A stretch of DNA of 62,599 nucleotides, the filler included, from Basidiobolus meristosporus CBS 931.73 (lineage: Eukaryota; Fungi; Basidiobolomycota): assembly GCA_002104905.1 (NCBI GenBank). It is 4 parts of 4 records of this genome, joined end to end, with 100 filler letters (N's around TTAATTAATTAA, not from the genome) between each part and the next. Parts side by side here need not be neighbours in the genome. Positions count along the whole stretch, not along the records: positions 50,930 to 62,599 come from MCFE01001268.1; 3 more parts are not named here. One strand, written 5' to 3'. The translations under genes were made by a program, and so were the position numbers. Positions within the stretch are counted from its first letter, which is position 1. Each line of letters opens with the position of its first letter. The notes under the pieces were generated by a model. The model was not told the origin of the DNA and searched no databases. It saw only the letters and a list, made by a program, of their open reading frames with translations. Shown piece after piece: positions 60,876 to 62,599 of the stretch.

Positions 60876-62599
60876 ATGAGTTGGGCAAAGAAAGACGAGG
60901 ATGGAGGTACTGGTTCAGCCTTTCTGTCTTCCCTCGACCTCCCTTCCCCTGTGTGCCACTGTTATTTACCTACTTCTATTGTGAACTTTAGGCGAGTCTG
61001 GCCTTTTGCATCACCTCGACAAAACCACAGTTCTCCAAGAGGCTCGAGTGTTCAACGAGACCCCCATCTCGCCCAAAAAGTGTCGCATCCTCTTGGCGAA
61101 AATCGCCTATTTGTTATATGTGGGAGAGTCGTTTGCCACCAACGAGGCCACCGACCTATTTTTCAGCATCACGAAGCTTTTCCAATCGAAAGATGTACCT
61201 TCCATTCAGCACCCTCACTTTTGCTTCTCACTAACCCTCCTTTGTGTAGACCGCCCTGCGTCAAATCGTCTATTTGGTGATTAAAGAGCTTTCCACCATC
61301 GCTCAAGACGTCATCATGATCACGAGTAGCTTGACTAGGGACATGCAGCCCAACTCCGAAGCTATCTACAGACCAAATGCTATCCGTGCGCTTTGCAAGA
61401 TCGTGGATGTAGGCTTGTCTCCCTTTTTCCAGTGCCTTTGCTCGTTTTATTGATGTAGGTTTGCCTTCTCCACCAACAGGCCCATATGCTGCAAGGAGTC
61501 GAGCGCTTTCTAAAGGCAGCCATCGTAGACAAGACCACCTCTATTTCTTCTGCCGCATTGGTGTCCAGCTATCATATGCTCCCCATCGCCAAAGAAGTGG
61601 TGCGTCGTTGGGCTAATGAAGTTCAAGAAGCCATGAATTGCAAATCTAGTTTGGGATTCATGTCCTCGTCTTCATATAGCGGCAATGGCATCATGTCGCA
61701 ATATCACGCCATGGGCCTCCTCTATCAAATTAGACAGCACGACCGTATGGCAGTGATCAAGCTCGTTCAATCCTTTGCTGGCTCAGGGAGAGGATTCTTG
61801 AGCTCCTCAAGCACACTTCGTAGCACCATGGCCCATTGTCTGTTGATTAGATACGCCTGCAAGGTGATGGAAGAAGATCCTAGGTTTGTAGACTCCTGAT
61901 CCCATCTGCGATCCCGACGAGCGCTCGCTAAACAACAGGTTGACTTCTAGCACGCAGAGACAACTCTTCGAGTTGCTCGAGGGATGGCTTCGCCACAAGA
62001 GTGACATGGTGAACTACGAAGCGGCCAAGGCGATTTGCAACATGCAGAATCTATCCGCCAAGGAGCTGTTCTCCGCTGTCTCTGGTAAGCACCATGTTGG
62101 TTTCTAGCGTAGGGCCACTTCTAATGCACCCATACCCAGTGCTGCAACATTTCCTCTCCTCCTCCAAATCAACCCTTCGCTTCGCCGCCATCCGCACATT
62201 GAACAGGCTGGCCATGACCAACCCCACGGCAGTGTCGGTGTGCAATATGGATATGGAGAACCTCATCACCGATTCCAATCGTAGTGTGGCCACTTTCGCC
62301 ATCACCACCTTGCTTAAGACCGGAAACGAGGCCAGCGTCGACAGACTCATGAAGCAGATCAGTGGGTTCATGTCGAGATCTCGACGAATTCAAGGTATCG
62401 TTCGTGAGGCCATCAGGTCGTTGTGCCTGAAGTTCCCCGCCAAGCATGGCCATGCTTGCGTTCTTAAGCGGCGTGTTGAGAGACGAGGGCGGCTACGAGT
62501 TCAAGAGGGCTGTGGTGGAGGCGATCTTCGATCTCATCAAGAACATCCCCGAGTCCAAGGAGATTTCGCTGTCCCACTTGTGTGAGTTCATCGAGGACT
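60876..62599 (+). CDS. SEC21: Coatomer subunit gamma, 5' part (continues past window)
   Basis: [80 protein letters not shown]; multiple introns; small deletions after ~62370. Confidence 0.95.

Noticed and set aside
62094-62585. Novel Arg-rich C-terminus in the 163-aa ORF
   Set aside because: Out-of-frame translation of gamma-COP caused by the deletions.

Overview
Eukaryotic, almost certainly fungal DNA. Intron-rich genes and a Slo-type K+ channel suggest an early-diverging lineage; this is an inference. Three 100-bp assembly gaps (44N-TTAATTAATTAA-44N) break the window. About 1-52.8 kb is a deeply nested, CpG-depleted transposon cluster. It holds two Ty3/Gypsy copies, one nested in a Ty1/Copia element (family B); two EnSpm/CACTA-like (Transposase_21) remnants plus an unknown long ORF; a two-gene PIF/Harbinger-superfamily (PHIS) element inserted into an inverted copy of itself; three ~0.7-kb fully palindromic MITEs sharing its ends; several copies and LTRs of a second Copia family (A); a related RT-less LTR element (X); and three LTR-like inserts with 4-bp target duplications. 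A CpG-rich host island (~36.9-39.3 kb) inside the cluster carries the 5' part of an SRRM1-like PWI gene and a secreted protein cut into repeated units by Lys-Arg sites (a candidate Kex2-processed peptide precursor, the most novel item here). From ~53 kb the DNA is ordinary gene space: a Slo/KCNT-like K+ channel, an MCR1-like NADH-cytochrome b5 reductase and the 5' part of coatomer gamma. All alignments, counts and coordinates were made by eye; no searches were run.
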